Of a DNA stretch of 64,000 nt, positions 1-10,589 are shown piece after piece. Each line of letters starts with the position of its first letter. Within the stretch, counting starts at the first letter, position 1. A model generated the notes under the pieces. That model searched no databases and had not been told where the DNA came from. It saw nothing but the letters and a program-made list of their open reading frames with translations. The translations under genes were made by a program, and so were the position numbers. The stretch spans positions 296 through 64,295 of the forward strand of contig CAZWRS010000002.1 of assembly GCA_964636435.1 (NCBI GenBank), read 5' to 3'. The stretch is from an uncultured Candidatus Saccharibacteria bacterium. Lineage in GTDB: Bacteria; Patescibacteriota; Saccharimonadia; Saccharimonadales; JAGQNK01.

Positions 1-1
1 A

Positions 2-226
2 GTGGCTATACGGTTTCTACCAAGGCAGCGGACAGTAATTACTATTACGGACCCTGATGCTGGTAGAAACTACTACAAAGCTGGCGACAGCTTTTATGTA
101 GTATTTGGTGACGCTAAGAGGGTTCTGGACAAACGCAAGGATGATCGAGCGGCCGCCTGTAGGAACGAAAAGCCTGACTTTGCACAGCCTTTTGTGGATG
201 TAATGGCGTCCTTAGAGCGGCGCTAG
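2..226 (+). CDS. 3' end of hypothetical protein (truncated at window edge)
   Basis: Open frame from the window start to TAG at 224-226, followed by a hairpin and T-run. Confidence 0.5.
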   Translation: MAIRFLPRQRTVITITDPDAGRNYYKAGDSFYVVFGDAKRVLDKRKDDRAAACRNEKPDFAQPFVDVMASLERR

Positions 227-237
227 TATCATCACAT

Positions 238-268
238 AAAATGCCCTGGCCAGCTCAGGGTAATTTTT
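238..268 (+). terminator. Probable intrinsic terminator between convergent genes
   Basis: TGCCCTG..CAGGGTA stem followed by ATTTTT, with an A-run upstream. Confidence 0.45.
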
Positions 269-329
269 GTGCTTACTAACTGTTTTGAAGTACCGCGCGT
301 GCGTGCTGTTCGAAGTGGGGTGCCTCTCG

Positions 330-1556
330 TCAGTGACCAGCGACATGAGTAGCCAGGAAGTCGACGGTGTGGTCTTTCAGTGGTGCCTGCTCAAAGAACA
401 GATCATGGCCGTATCCCGGAAAGGTAACGGTGATGCACGGGTGTCCCATTTTATCTAGTCGGTCGCAGTCTGCGGCGTGATCGTTGGGCTGTCCAGCAAA
501 CCCCGTGTCATTATCGTAGCTTGCAAATAATGAAATCGGTCGATACGCGCTCGTGAACGTTTTGTAGCCATTAAAAGGTTCGGTGAATGCCAGATGATCC
601 ATGAGGATGCTAGAGGAGCCAACGACACCCCTCAGTCCCGGGATAGAGGGCATAGGGGAGAAGTGAGCCAGGGTATTACTGATTTGCCCCCCAGCTGACC
701 AGCCAGCTAGGCCGACACGGGTTGGGTCGATTTTGTAATAACTCTGATGAGCTTCGAGGTACTGGTAGGCTGCATAGATATCCTGGGCGCTCTCATAAAA
801 AATCGTTGTGTAGACGTCCATTGCCGGTTGGTCATCAGGGTTCATGACAGGGTTTTCGTGGTTATCGGGCGGCATCATGGTGTAGTCGATGGTGGCGGTT
901 ACGTAGCCCAGCCGGGCGTAGTACTCGGCTGCTGCTTCCTGCTGGTAGCGATCGCCGAGAACCCAGCCGCCACCGTACACAAAGATTAGCAGCGGCCGTT
1001 TCGCCGCTGTGTCCCCGACAGGCTGGTAGATATTTAGCTTGAGATCCTTGGGAGATTGTTCATTAAACCGGAGTGACTTAAAGCCATCCTGGTCGGTGAC
1101 AATTTGTGTTTCGAATGTCGACTCAAAGGTGAGATCTTTGTGTGATTGCACTGCATTAAAGACTGGGTTTCTGAAGCGACCAGCCGGGTGCAGCGGCTCA
1201 GGTTTGTTGTCAGGTGCTGGGCGAGGGTCTTCTTTTTTGCCGCCAGGTACTAGCTTTTTGATAGCGTCAATAACCTTCGTGATGAGATTACCGCTCGGCT
1301 TGTGCTGAGGCTCCGTATAGGCGGCAGGGGTGCTTGCTGGGGCGGCGCTTGTACTGTCGCTGGGCTGGCTGGCTGCTTGTGCATCCTGGTCGGTGACCAG
1401 GATGTCGGATGCGTTATTATCTGGAGTGGTGGCCGGGGTGGATTGCGGAGCGGGGGTTGATGATGGCTCCGAGGTCTGGTTGCGCAGCGAAAGGGCTAGC
1501 CCGGAGAGCCCAAGGCCTCCGATAGCAATGGCACATATGATGAGTATTTTTTTCAC
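330..1556 (-). CDS. Membrane-anchored/secreted alpha/beta hydrolase (esterase/lipase)
   Basis: N-terminal hydrophobic helix, Pro/Ser/Thr linker, YGGGW oxyanion motif, GWSAGG nucleophile elbow, C-terminal GYGH. Confidence 0.85.
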   Translation of the reverse strand: MKKILIICAIAIGGLGLSGLALSLRNQTSEPSSTPAPQSTPATTPDNNASDILVTDQDAQAASQPSDSTSAAPASTPAAYTEPQHKPSGNLITKVIDAIKKLVPGGKKEDPRPAPDNKPEPLHPAGRFRNPVFNAVQSHKDLTFESTFETQIVTDQDGFKSLRFNEQSPKDLKLNIYQPVGDTAAKRPLLIFVYGGGWVLGDRYQQEAAAEYYARLGYVTATIDYTMMPPDNHENPVMNPDDQPAMDVYTTIFYESAQDIYAAYQYLEAHQSYYKIDPTRVGLAGWSAGGQISNTLAHFSPMPSIPGLRGVVGSSSILMDHLAFTEPFNGYKTFTSAYRPISLFASYDNDTGFAGQPNDHAADCDRLDKMGHPCITVTFPGYGHDLFFEQAPLKDHTVDFLATHVAGH

Positions 1557-1662
1557 TTTTTTGTTTGGATTTTTTACTTAAGTGGTCTATGCAAAGTATA
1601 GTGCATATGCTAACATAACGGAAACTACTTTAAAAAAAGAGAACAAAAGAGGGAAGACAAAA

Positions 1663-3150
1663 ATGAAAACCAGAAGTTTCGTGATGCCAAAAATATGGCT
1701 GTACGTATTAACGGCAACTGTGCTCACTTTGAGCATAGCTACTGCCCCTATGACAGCCAGTGCGGCGGTATCGATTAGTATCGATAGCCCAGTTGCGGGC
1801 CAGAGTGTAGCTGGTGGGCCAGTTCAGATTGCCGGTACCGCTACAGCTGGACGGACGGTTGTGGTGTACAAAGGGGCGAGGCCGCTAGCCATGACGAGGG
1901 CTGACGGGTCAGGGCAGTGGCGTGTCGACGTGGCCAGCCTCGGTAACGGATCACATACATTGACCGCTAAGGTTATCGGTAATGATGGTTATGGCTATTT
2001 CAGCTCCACAAACGGCGCTTCGAGCGCCATGAACAGGCTGCGTTTGTCCGATAATGTTCTTAACCCCGGTGGCGATTGGCCAGTTGCGACGAGTGGTGCC
2101 CGGCTAGTGCCAACAGCTGTATCATCAGGATCTACGGTCGACTATCACTATATGCCAGGAGGCGCGGCTGCGCTGCCAGGTAAGTTTGACAAGAGTAATC
2201 CTGCTGATTTTGCTGACGTGAGCGGGTACCCTGCCAGTCCTGGTTTGTCGGGTGGTGGCTTTAGTCTGGATGGCACAAAGTGGTACGGCGTTAACAGCGC
2301 CCTTGATAACGTGTCAGTCGTTGATGTTGCGACCAACACCCAGGTAGGCACTATTGCGGTCGGTGGCACTCCTCAAACAGGTATCTTGGGGTCTGACGGA
2401 AGGTTTTATGTTGGCAACACCGATGACTCAACCATATCAGTTATTGATACCAATACTGACACGGTCGTGGCCACCCATACTATTACGGGGTGTGTTACGC
2501 CTGGCAGTCTCGGCTTTATGGCTTTCCCTAGTGGTGAGGACTATTTCTACGTCGCCTGTGCTCAAGATGGTCTTATTCTGAAGCTGCGTTTACAGGATGG
2601 CTCAGTGCTGGACACGTTAGACATTAGCGCGACGCATGGGATGATTAGCTCTATGTTCCTCTCGCCGGATAGCAAGACGCTGTACGTCTCTGGGATGCTT
2701 ATGGAAGCAAACGGCAACAAGGTGGCTATCGTAGACGCCGCAACAGGCACAGTTAATAAGTCCGTCACGCTTTCCGGTGCGGCTATTGCTAGCAGCCTAA
2801 CACCAGATGGGCAGTATCTCTATGCAGCGACGCAAGGCGCTGGCTTCGATATGGAGAATATAGACGTCATTAGCACTGCTACTGGTGATATCGTCACCTC
2901 AATTGACACAACTAGCACAGGTCTCGCTGGCGTGGTTTCGTTCGATGAGCCAAGTACTGCCACTAGTGACGTAACCTTCACATTGGGTGCGGCAGCAGAT
3001 GGCGGGACAGATTCAGTGGTTAAAGACGGCGAGCTGGCAGCAACGGGCGTCAATCAGCGAATACTGATGCTAGGAGCTGCAGCGGTACTGGGCCTCACCC
3101 TGGTGGTTGCTCGCATCAGAAAAGTAATTCACTACCGTTTAAGCGCGTAG
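1663..3150 (+). CDS. Surface protein: signal peptide, Ig-like domain, YVTN-type beta-propeller, LAATG sorting signal
   Basis: ATG 1663 after AGAGGG; signal ending ASA; repeats such as FYVGNTDDSTISVIDTNT; C-terminal LAATG + TM + RIRK. Confidence 0.8.
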   Translation: MKTRSFVMPKIWLYVLTATVLTLSIATAPMTASAAVSISIDSPVAGQSVAGGPVQIAGTATAGRTVVVYKGARPLAMTRADGSGQWRVDVASLGNGSHTLTAKVIGNDGYGYFSSTNGASSAMNRLRLSDNVLNPGGDWPVATSGARLVPTAVSSGSTVDYHYMPGGAAALPGKFDKSNPADFADVSGYPASPGLSGGGFSLDGTKWYGVNSALDNVSVVDVATNTQVGTIAVGGTPQTGILGSDGRFYVGNTDDSTISVIDTNTDTVVATHTITGCVTPGSLGFMAFPSGEDYFYVACAQDGLILKLRLQDGSVLDTLDISATHGMISSMFLSPDSKTLYVSGMLMEANGNKVAIVDAATGTVNKSVTLSGAAIASSLTPDGQYLYAATQGAGFDMENIDVISTATGDIVTSIDTTSTGLAGVVSFDEPSTATSDVTFTLGAAADGGTDSVVKDGELAATGVNQRILMLGAAAVLGLTLVVARIRKVIHYRLSA

Positions 3151-3231
3151 GTACTACCAGCAGGAGCCAGGCTACCATCTCGCTTGGCTCTTGCTATTAA
3201 AAAGCACAAGCAGTTACACTAGTAGCAGACT

Positions 3232-4674
3232 ATGAGCAAGACAACCGATAGGGCGCCAAATGTGCCAGTTACCAAATTCAAACGGACGAAGATTATCGCC
3301 ACAATTGGTCCGTCGACGATGCAGTACAGTTACGTGCTGCGCCTGATCAAGGCTGGTGCGAATGGTATTCGGCTGAACTTCAGCCATGGCAGCCAGCAGG
3401 AGAAGGCTGAACAGATCAAATGGATTCGTAAAGCGAGCCAGGAGTACGGTAAGCCGGTCGCTATCATTCAGGACCTGCAAGGGCCGAAGATTCGCCTAGG
3501 TGATTTCGACGGTATAGTTAACGTCCGATCTGGCCAAAGCTTACGGTTTAAATTTAACGCTAATTACGAGCAGTCTGGTTTTATTCCGACCCAGTATGAC
3601 TTGAGCAAGAAGGTCAAGCGGGGGGAGCGTCTGTATTTATATGACGGCAAGGTCCGGACGACCATTGTCAGCGTAATTGATGGTGTCGTGCATGCACGGG
3701 CGGAAAACAACGGTATACTTATCAAGCGCAAAGGCATGAATTTGCCGGACACTGACTTTGGTGGCGATGTGATCACGGAGAAAGACAAGAAGGATATAGC
3801 CTTTGGTGCCGAGCACGATATTGATTGGGTGGCGATGAGCTTTGTTCAGACGGCTGATGACGTACGCGTGCTGCGCCGCATGCTGCGAAACCTCGGTAGC
3901 GATGCCAAAATTATGGCGAAAATCGAAACCAAGGCAGCTGTTGAGAATCTGGAGGACATTATCCAGGAGGCTGATGGTGTGATGGTTGCGCGCGGTGATT
4001 TGGCGGTTGAGACTCTGCCAGAATCGGTACCGATCGTCCAGCGCAAAGCAATTGGCCTGGGACTGAAGTACGCCAAGCCATCCGTCGTTGCGACGCAAAT
4101 GCTCGCGAGTATGACTGAGATGCCGGAGCCGACGCGAGCGGAAGTTTCTGATGTGGCGACCGCCGTCATTGTTGGCGCGGATGGTGTGATGCTGAGTGAT
4201 GAAACGGCAAATGGCCAGTACCCTATCGAAGCAGTCAAGGTCATGAAAGAGATCATTCTCTATACGCAAGAGAACATGCCAGTTATCGCTCTGTTTCCGG
4301 AAGGTGACGATAAGACCATAACCCGCCAGGAGGCAATCTGTACGGCAATAATACGACTGGCTGAGGATGTTCAGGCAAAGGCTATCGTCGCTGAAACCAA
4401 GTCGGGTGCAACGGCGCTACAGATTTCTGCCCGGCGACCGGACCGCCCGGTTATCGCCGTGACATCTGAAACACGCGTGGCCCAGCAATTAGCGCTCAGC
4501 TATGGGACCAAGAGTTACGTGCGCCCGGATAGTAGGTATGCCGCCACCAAGCTCACCGACTGGCTGCTGAAGACAAAGGTGTTACATGTGGGTGATATGG
4601 TAGTGTCAGCATCTGGCCAGTATCCTGGTGTGGTCGGTACGACAGACACCATCAAGGTTCGAATTCTGGAATAG
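3232..4674 (+). CDS. pyk: Pyruvate kinase
   Basis: TKIIATIGP, RLNFSHG, DLQGPKIR, MVARGDL, ATQMLASM, PTRAEVSDV motifs. Confidence 0.97.
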   Translation: MSKTTDRAPNVPVTKFKRTKIIATIGPSTMQYSYVLRLIKAGANGIRLNFSHGSQQEKAEQIKWIRKASQEYGKPVAIIQDLQGPKIRLGDFDGIVNVRSGQSLRFKFNANYEQSGFIPTQYDLSKKVKRGERLYLYDGKVRTTIVSVIDGVVHARAENNGILIKRKGMNLPDTDFGGDVITEKDKKDIAFGAEHDIDWVAMSFVQTADDVRVLRRMLRNLGSDAKIMAKIETKAAVENLEDIIQEADGVMVARGDLAVETLPESVPIVQRKAIGLGLKYAKPSVVATQMLASMTEMPEPTRAEVSDVATAVIVGADGVMLSDETANGQYPIEAVKVMKEIILYTQENMPVIALFPEGDDKTITRQEAICTAIIRLAEDVQAKAIVAETKSGATALQISARRPDRPVIAVTSETRVAQQLALSYGTKSYVRPDSRYAATKLTDWLLKTKVLHVGDMVVSASGQYPGVVGTTDTIKVRILE

Positions 4675-4705
4675 AGAAAACCAACGAGGGGCAAACAAAA
4701 ACCAT

Positions 4706-5992
4706 ATGAGCTTACGCAAAAAGACCATCCGTGATATTGACCTGCAGGGCAAGTCAGTGCTGGTACGGGTCGACTATAACGTGCCATTCGAGCACGGTAA
4801 AATCAGCGATGATTACCGGATTAAGAAGTCGCTACCAACCATTCAGTACTTGTTGCAACAAAAGTGCAAAATCATCCTCTGTTCACACCTGGGCCGCCCT
4901 AAGTCCCCAACCGACAAGAACGCATCGCTACAGCCATGCGCTGAGCGCTTAGGCGCGCTGCTGGACCAGCGAGTGCGCTTTAGCGAGGACTGTATCGGGC
5001 CCAAGGCACAAGCAGCGGCGAAAGAACTCAAAGCAGGTGAAATTCTGCTGCTTGAGAACTTACGCTATCACGAAGCGGAAGAGGCAAATGATGACACGTT
5101 TGCCCAGGAGCTGGCTAGTCTCGCGGAGGTCTTCGTGCAGGAGGCATTCGGTGTGGTGCACCGCGTCCATGCTTCGACCGACGCTATAACCAGGCACCTA
5201 CCGAGCGTTGCTGGCTTGTTGGTTGAAAAAGAGGTGACTACCATTACTGAGGTTATCAAGAACCCTGAGCGACCACTTATGGCTATCATTGGCGGTTCCA
5301 AAATTTCGGACAAGATTCATATCCTGGAGCGCTTCGTCGATATCGCTGACTTCGTAGCAGTTGGCGGCGCGATGTCTAATACCTTCCTCTTAGCCGCCGG
5401 TATTGAAGTTGGTAAGAGCTTGGCTGAAAAGGATGAAATTGACCTGGCTGACGATATCATTGAAAAGGCGCACGCCAAGTCCAAAAAACAGCCGTTCACC
5501 TTCTACATTCCCCAAGACGGTGTGGTGGCAAAAAAGATCGACAGCCACACGAAGACGCGTATCGTTGACTGGGATGCCCACGTTATCGCCAGTATCCAGA
5601 ATTACCCGAAGCGTCCGCCGCGAGATTCTGGTCAGGTTGACGATGATGAGATGATTTTGGATATCGGGCCATTTTCCGGGGCGTTTATCGCCGGCGGCAT
5701 GCAGCTGGCGAAGACAGTCGTGTGGAACGGGACGATGGGCGTAACAGAAACTGATGGACTGCAAGGGCCAGTGGGGCCGTTCGCGCACGGTACGGATATG
5801 ATTGTTGACGCTATGCTCGGCGAATACGGCCACAAGCCGTTCACGGTTGTGGGCGGCGGCGACACGGTTGGCTACCTGGAAGAGCGTATGCTGGTCGATA
5901 ATTTCGGGCACGTCTCAACAGGGGGTGGTGCCAGCATGGAACTGATGAGCGGCAAGCAATTGCCGGGTGTCGAGGCATTACTTGATAAATAG
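4706..5992 (+). CDS. pgk: Phosphoglycerate kinase
   Basis: RVDYNVP, SHLGRP, LLENLRY, GGGDT, HVSTGGGAS; start placed at MSLRKK. Confidence 0.97.
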   Translation: MSLRKKTIRDIDLQGKSVLVRVDYNVPFEHGKISDDYRIKKSLPTIQYLLQQKCKIILCSHLGRPKSPTDKNASLQPCAERLGALLDQRVRFSEDCIGPKAQAAAKELKAGEILLLENLRYHEAEEANDDTFAQELASLAEVFVQEAFGVVHRVHASTDAITRHLPSVAGLLVEKEVTTITEVIKNPERPLMAIIGGSKISDKIHILERFVDIADFVAVGGAMSNTFLLAAGIEVGKSLAEKDEIDLADDIIEKAHAKSKKQPFTFYIPQDGVVAKKIDSHTKTRIVDWDAHVIASIQNYPKRPPRDSGQVDDDEMILDIGPFSGAFIAGGMQLAKTVVWNGTMGVTETDGLQGPVGPFAHGTDMIVDAMLGEYGHKPFTVVGGGDTVGYLEERMLVDNFGHVSTGGGASMELMSGKQLPGVEALLDK

Positions 5993-6029
5993 TGGTATAC
6001 TACACAACAGATAATAAAGCATAAATAGT

Positions 6030-6827
6030 ATGGCAAGCACACAAAAAAGAACACTCGTTGTCGGCAACTGGAAACTGCACCTTAATACTTCTCAGGCCAG
6101 CTTGCTGCTCCACCGTCTGCAGGAGCGTATCAAGATTTACCGTGATATAGAGGTCGTGCTAGCACCAAGTATGCTGGTGTTACAGCCCCTGAGCTTGCAG
6201 ATTGATCGCCGCAAGTTCCGCTTGGCTGCCCAAAATGCCTTTCATAAAGACACCGGAGCCTACACCGGCGAAGTGAGCTTTGCCATGCTGCAGGATCTGG
6301 TGCACTACACTATCATCGGTCACTCCGAGCGCCGCATCCACTTTAGTGAATCATTGGAGATGGTCCGCGAGAAGGTGGCCTCGGCGATACGAAACGGCAT
6401 CTCACCCATCCTGTGTGTGGGCGAAACGATCGAAGAAAAGCGGGCTGGCGAGACCAACCAGGTACTGCACGACCAGATTACGACGGCACTGGCTAATTTG
6501 ACGTCGACTGATATGAAAAAAGTCGTGATCGCGTATGAGCCAGTCTGGGCAATCAGTACCTTCGGCGGCGAGCTGGCAAAGCCGGACGAAGTCAAGAAGC
6601 GCATGGATTTCATCCGTCGACAGGTTGCAGATCTATACGGCAAGCGGGCGTCCGAGCGTGTACGCGTACTGTACGGTGGCAGCATTGACCACGACATCGC
6701 GGCGGGCTATCTGTCTATCGACGGCTGCGATGGTGTATTGGTCGGTGGTGCCAGCACCAACTACCAGAAGTTCGCAGGCATCGTTGATGTGGCCTACAGA
6801 TTACGTTATAAGGACGGAGAAGACTAA
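6030..6827 (+). CDS. tpiA: Triosephosphate isomerase
   Basis: GNWK, GAYTGEVS, IGHSERR, AYEPVWAI, YGGS, VGGAS. Confidence 0.97.
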   Translation: MASTQKRTLVVGNWKLHLNTSQASLLLHRLQERIKIYRDIEVVLAPSMLVLQPLSLQIDRRKFRLAAQNAFHKDTGAYTGEVSFAMLQDLVHYTIIGHSERRIHFSESLEMVREKVASAIRNGISPILCVGETIEEKRAGETNQVLHDQITTALANLTSTDMKKVVIAYEPVWAISTFGGELAKPDEVKKRMDFIRRQVADLYGKRASERVRVLYGGSIDHDIAAGYLSIDGCDGVLVGGASTNYQKFAGIVDVAYRLRYKDGED

Positions 6828-7915
6828 TGGCCGAAAAACCCAAAACACCTAAGAAGTCCAGGATGATTGATGTGGCCCAGCCTGGCCGGTCGGCGCCCAG
6901 TGCCTCGTCCCGCCCGGTTATTGTTGGCAACAAGCCAACGGTGCAGGATCCGATGGTTAATGATAAGCAGAACGTGCAAGCTGGCGAGCAGCCGGTTGCT
7001 GTCAGGCGAAGCGCCCCTCAGGTCATCGCACCGCTCTCTGACGCAGAAAAAAGAGCCGCTGAGAATGATACCGATACCTCGACCAATGCAGACCAGGCTG
7101 AGCAAACGCCAGTAGAAGCGCCACCGGTACCGGCGACTGAACCAGCCAGCGAGCAGCCGGGAAGTTCGGATGGGGGTGGTAGCGCATCCGGCTCGGGCAG
7201 CGATAAGAATTCAGGTGGCAAAAGCTCATCAATTGTTGATGCAGTGGTTGACCAGGCTTCCAAGAATAAGGATAAAAAGGGCGACAAGAAGCAGGCGGAG
7301 CTAGAAAAGCGCCAGGCCGAGGTCGAGAAGTTAATTGAAGAAAAGAAGTACTTCGTCCAAACCTCTCAGGTTGCTAAAAAGCAGCGTAAGACCCGCTGGG
7401 CAGCCCTGTTGCTTGTGATTTTGCTGCTTGTCGGTGCGTACCTCGCCATTGACGCACAAGTTATAAAGAACGATATTCAGCTGCCGTATGAATTTTTCAA
7501 GGAAGAAGAACGAGCCACGCCAGCACCACTTCCCGTATCTGGCGATAATGACAATGCCCAGAAGGCAGAATCTACAGATGAAGAGTCTAAAGAGCCAGCT
7601 AATGGCCAAGATGCGGAATCTGTAGACGGACAGATGCCAGCCCAAATAAGCGCTCGCGATACGGAACGAAAGATCGAGCTCAAGAATCTGCAGCAAAAAC
7701 TCGAAGCCTATTTCAATGATCGCGGCGCGTATCCGACCGGCGCAGGTTGGGCAACGTCAATTAACGCAACGAATGATGAAATCACCGGGCCACGAGGTGA
7801 TGCCTACACGTACGAGTCGGATGGGCGATCATTTACGCTGAGGGCGCAATTGGAGAATGCGAGCGATCCCGATGCCGCGGATGGCTTTTACGTTATCAAT
7901 TCTCTGAACGAATAA
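6827..7915 (+). CDS. Bitopic membrane protein with C-terminal pilin/GspG-like domain
   Basis: Disordered N-terminus, one TM (WAALLLVILLLVGAYLAI), then ARDTERKIELKNLQQKLEAYFNDRGAYP. Confidence 0.65.
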   Translation: MAEKPKTPKKSRMIDVAQPGRSAPSASSRPVIVGNKPTVQDPMVNDKQNVQAGEQPVAVRRSAPQVIAPLSDAEKRAAENDTDTSTNADQAEQTPVEAPPVPATEPASEQPGSSDGGGSASGSGSDKNSGGKSSSIVDAVVDQASKNKDKKGDKKQAELEKRQAEVEKLIEEKKYFVQTSQVAKKQRKTRWAALLLVILLLVGAYLAIDAQVIKNDIQLPYEFFKEEERATPAPLPVSGDNDNAQKAESTDEESKEPANGQDAESVDGQMPAQISARDTERKIELKNLQQKLEAYFNDRGAYPTGAGWATSINATNDEITGPRGDAYTYESDGRSFTLRAQLENASDPDAADGFYVINSLNE

Positions 7916-7953
7916 TCACAACGGCGTTAGCTTCATAAAATTGCTACAATGGG

Positions 7954-10122
7954 ATGATGCAACATGATCTCTTGGTGGGTTTGAATACGGAGCAGCAGCG
8001 GGCGGTGGAGTGCACCGAGGGGCCGCTGCTTATTCTGGCTGGCGCTGGTTCTGGCAAGACGAAGACGCTCACGCACCGCATTGCGTACATCATTGCGACC
8101 GGGAAGGCCACACCCTATAACATTCTAGCGGTGACGTTTACCAACAAGGCCGCCCGGGAAATGCGTGAGCGCGTCGCACAGCTGCTCGGCCAGAGTGCTG
8201 ATAACCGTTCATTCATGCCCTTTATGGGGACGTTCCACTCTATCTGCGTACGACTGCTGCGGCAGGATGGGGAGCATATCGGCATCCCGAAGAACTTCGT
8301 GATTTTTGACGAGGCAGACCGCCTGGCGGCTGTGAAGCAGGCTTGCAAAACGGCCATGATTGATGAGAAGAGCTACCCGCCGCGAACACTGGCGAGCATT
8401 ATCAGCAACGCTAAGAATGAATTATTAACGCCGCAGGATTACTTAGGGGTGGCTAGCGGTCCGACGCAGCGTGCGGCGGCGCAAATTTTCCCACTGTATC
8501 AAAAAACACTCAAAGACAACAACGCACTGGACTTCGATGATTTGATTTCCCGCACCGTCAACTTGCTGCAAGCGCAGACGACAATCCGCCGCAAGTGGCA
8601 GGAGCAATTCAAGTACATCATGATTGATGAATACCAGGACACCAATGCTGCGCAGTACAAGCTCGTGAAATTATTGACAAACATTAATAATAATATTGTA
8701 GTAGTAGGCGATGATTTCCAGTCGATATATTCATGGAGGGGCGCAGATTTCCGCAATATTCTGAACTTTGAAAAAGACTATCCCAATGCAACTATTATCA
8801 AGCTGGAGCAGAACTACAGAAGTACGCAAGCTATCCTGAACGCAGCTCATCAGGTTATTACTAAGAATAAAGAAAGATCAGATAAGAAGCTCTGGACAGA
8901 CAACGGGGCTGGAAGCCCAGTGAGTGTATTGCAGGTCGCCAACGAGCGTGCTGAAGGCGAAGCCATAACCAGGCGGGTTAAGAACGCGGTGGATGCTCGG
9001 TTCCGAAACTACCGTGACTTTGCGGTACTGTATCGGACCAATGCCCAATCACGCAGCATTGAAGAGACATTCATTCGTTACGGTGTGCCGTATCGCATCG
9101 TGGGCGGTCAGCGCTTCTATGACCGTAAGGAAATTAAAGATGTCATGGCGTATTTACGCCTTATTTACCAACCCGAGGACCGGATAAGTTTTGAGCGGAT
9201 TGTAAACGTGCCGACGCGCGGTATCGGTGCCAAGTCGGTGCAGAACTTCTTTACCTGGAAGGACGCGAATAATCTGGGCCTGCAGCAGGCACTGGAAACG
9301 GTGCGTGATCACCCGAACTTGACCGGCAAGGCCCGGAAGGGTCTGCAGGAGCTGGGGGACATGCTACAGTCTCTGCGCGAGCTATCGACGGATACTCCGC
9401 TGCCAGCGTTGCTCGATAGCCTGCTGCGGCGGATCGACTACTTTGCCTACATTGACGATGGCACGCCGCAGGGCGAATCACGTGCCGAGAACGTGCGAGA
9501 ATTGGTGAGCGTCACCCAAAGTTACCAGGGCCTGGGATTGGATGGCTTCCTGGAGGAGATGGCCCTGATCAGCGACATCGACTCAGCTGAATTCAGCAAC
9601 AATGCCGTAACACTCATGACGATTCATGCTGCCAAAGGCCTAGAGTTCCCGGTGGTATTTATGATCGGCATGGAGGAAACGATTTTCCCGCACTCCCGTG
9701 CCCTGTACGATCAGGCGGAGATGGAGGAGGAGCGTCGGTTGTGCTACGTGGCGATGACCCGTGCCCGCGAAGAGCTCTACATGAGCTACGCAACCTCACG
9801 CATGCTTTATGGCGGTGTGCAGCACAACCCGCCGTCGCGCTTCTTGAGCGAATTTGACTCCCAACTACAGACCGACAGCATCAGCCTGGGTGGCGGGATG
9901 TGGCAGAATATCTTTGAACAGGAAAGCTATGACGACTTGCCGACCACGGTAGTCGATGAGCCGCAATATGTACCCGAGCTACATGAAGGCGACACCGTAA
10001 AGCACGATGTGTTTGGCCAGGGGACGGTCATGGAAGTCGATGGCGATAATGTCGTAGTGTACTTTAAGGGAAAGGGCGCCAAGAAGCTGAACGTGTCGTT
10101 TGCGCCCCTGCAAAAGTTATGA
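7954..10122 (+). CDS. pcrA: ATP-dependent DNA helicase PcrA/UvrD
   Basis: AGAGSGKT, TFTNKAA, DEYQDTN, LEQNYRS, HAAKGLEF, EERRLCYVAMTRA; true start may be the second ATG at 7957. Confidence 0.97.
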   Translation: MMQHDLLVGLNTEQQRAVECTEGPLLILAGAGSGKTKTLTHRIAYIIATGKATPYNILAVTFTNKAAREMRERVAQLLGQSADNRSFMPFMGTFHSICVRLLRQDGEHIGIPKNFVIFDEADRLAAVKQACKTAMIDEKSYPPRTLASIISNAKNELLTPQDYLGVASGPTQRAAAQIFPLYQKTLKDNNALDFDDLISRTVNLLQAQTTIRRKWQEQFKYIMIDEYQDTNAAQYKLVKLLTNINNNIVVVGDDFQSIYSWRGADFRNILNFEKDYPNATIIKLEQNYRSTQAILNAAHQVITKNKERSDKKLWTDNGAGSPVSVLQVANERAEGEAITRRVKNAVDARFRNYRDFAVLYRTNAQSRSIEETFIRYGVPYRIVGGQRFYDRKEIKDVMAYLRLIYQPEDRISFERIVNVPTRGIGAKSVQNFFTWKDANNLGLQQALETVRDHPNLTGKARKGLQELGDMLQSLRELSTDTPLPALLDSLLRRIDYFAYIDDGTPQGESRAENVRELVSVTQSYQGLGLDGFLEEMALISDIDSAEFSNNAVTLMTIHAAKGLEFPVVFMIGMEETIFPHSRALYDQAEMEEERRLCYVAMTRAREELYMSYATSRMLYGGVQHNPPSRFLSEFDSQLQTDSISLGGGMWQNIFEQESYDDLPTTVVDEPQYVPELHEGDTVKHDVFGQGTVMEVDGDNVVVYFKGKGAKKLNVSFAPLQKL

Positions 10123-10589
10123 TGTGGCGGCTCTGGTTACGAGTTGGCCGGTTGACCTACTGGGTAGCGTGGCCACTGCTGTATGTGTATCTACATGGCA
10201 GCAAGCGCACCCGGGTACTGGTGGTTCATGGCGACGAGGTGCTGGTGGTCCGTGGCTGGCTGGGCAGCGGTCGCTGGCTGCTGCCGGGCGGCGGCTTACA
10301 CCGGCATGAACGGCCGGCCGAAGGAGCTAGCCGGGAGCTTGAGGAAGAGACCGGGCTCGCAGTAAATGCGACAGAATTGCAGCCACTCATATCTGATGAA
10401 CCGATTCAGCAAAGTAGCCTGTCATTCAGGCTGTATGCTTTTGCGGTTAAGCTGGACAAAAAGCCGCAGCTCCGGCGGCAAAGGTTTGAAATTACCCAGC
10501 TGGCATGGATGAACTGGCGCACCTTGCGGACTGAGCAGTCAAGGGACGCTGATATCCGGCGTGTGCTGGACGCTTTTTTTCAGGAGTGA
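10119..10589 (+). CDS. NUDIX hydrolase
   Basis: Nudix box GGGLHRHERPAEGASRELEEETG. Confidence 0.88.
   Translation: MMWRLWLRVGRLTYWVAWPLLYVYLHGSKRTRVLVVHGDEVLVVRGWLGSGRWLLPGGGLHRHERPAEGASRELEEETGLAVNATELQPLISDEPIQQSSLSFRLYAFAVKLDKKPQLRRQRFEITQLAWMNWRTLRTEQSRDADIRRVLDAFFQE

Noticed and set aside
3159-3195. Hairpin after the surface-protein gene as a terminator or ncRNA
   Set aside because: Stem is present but no U-tract follows on the + strand; function not supportable.
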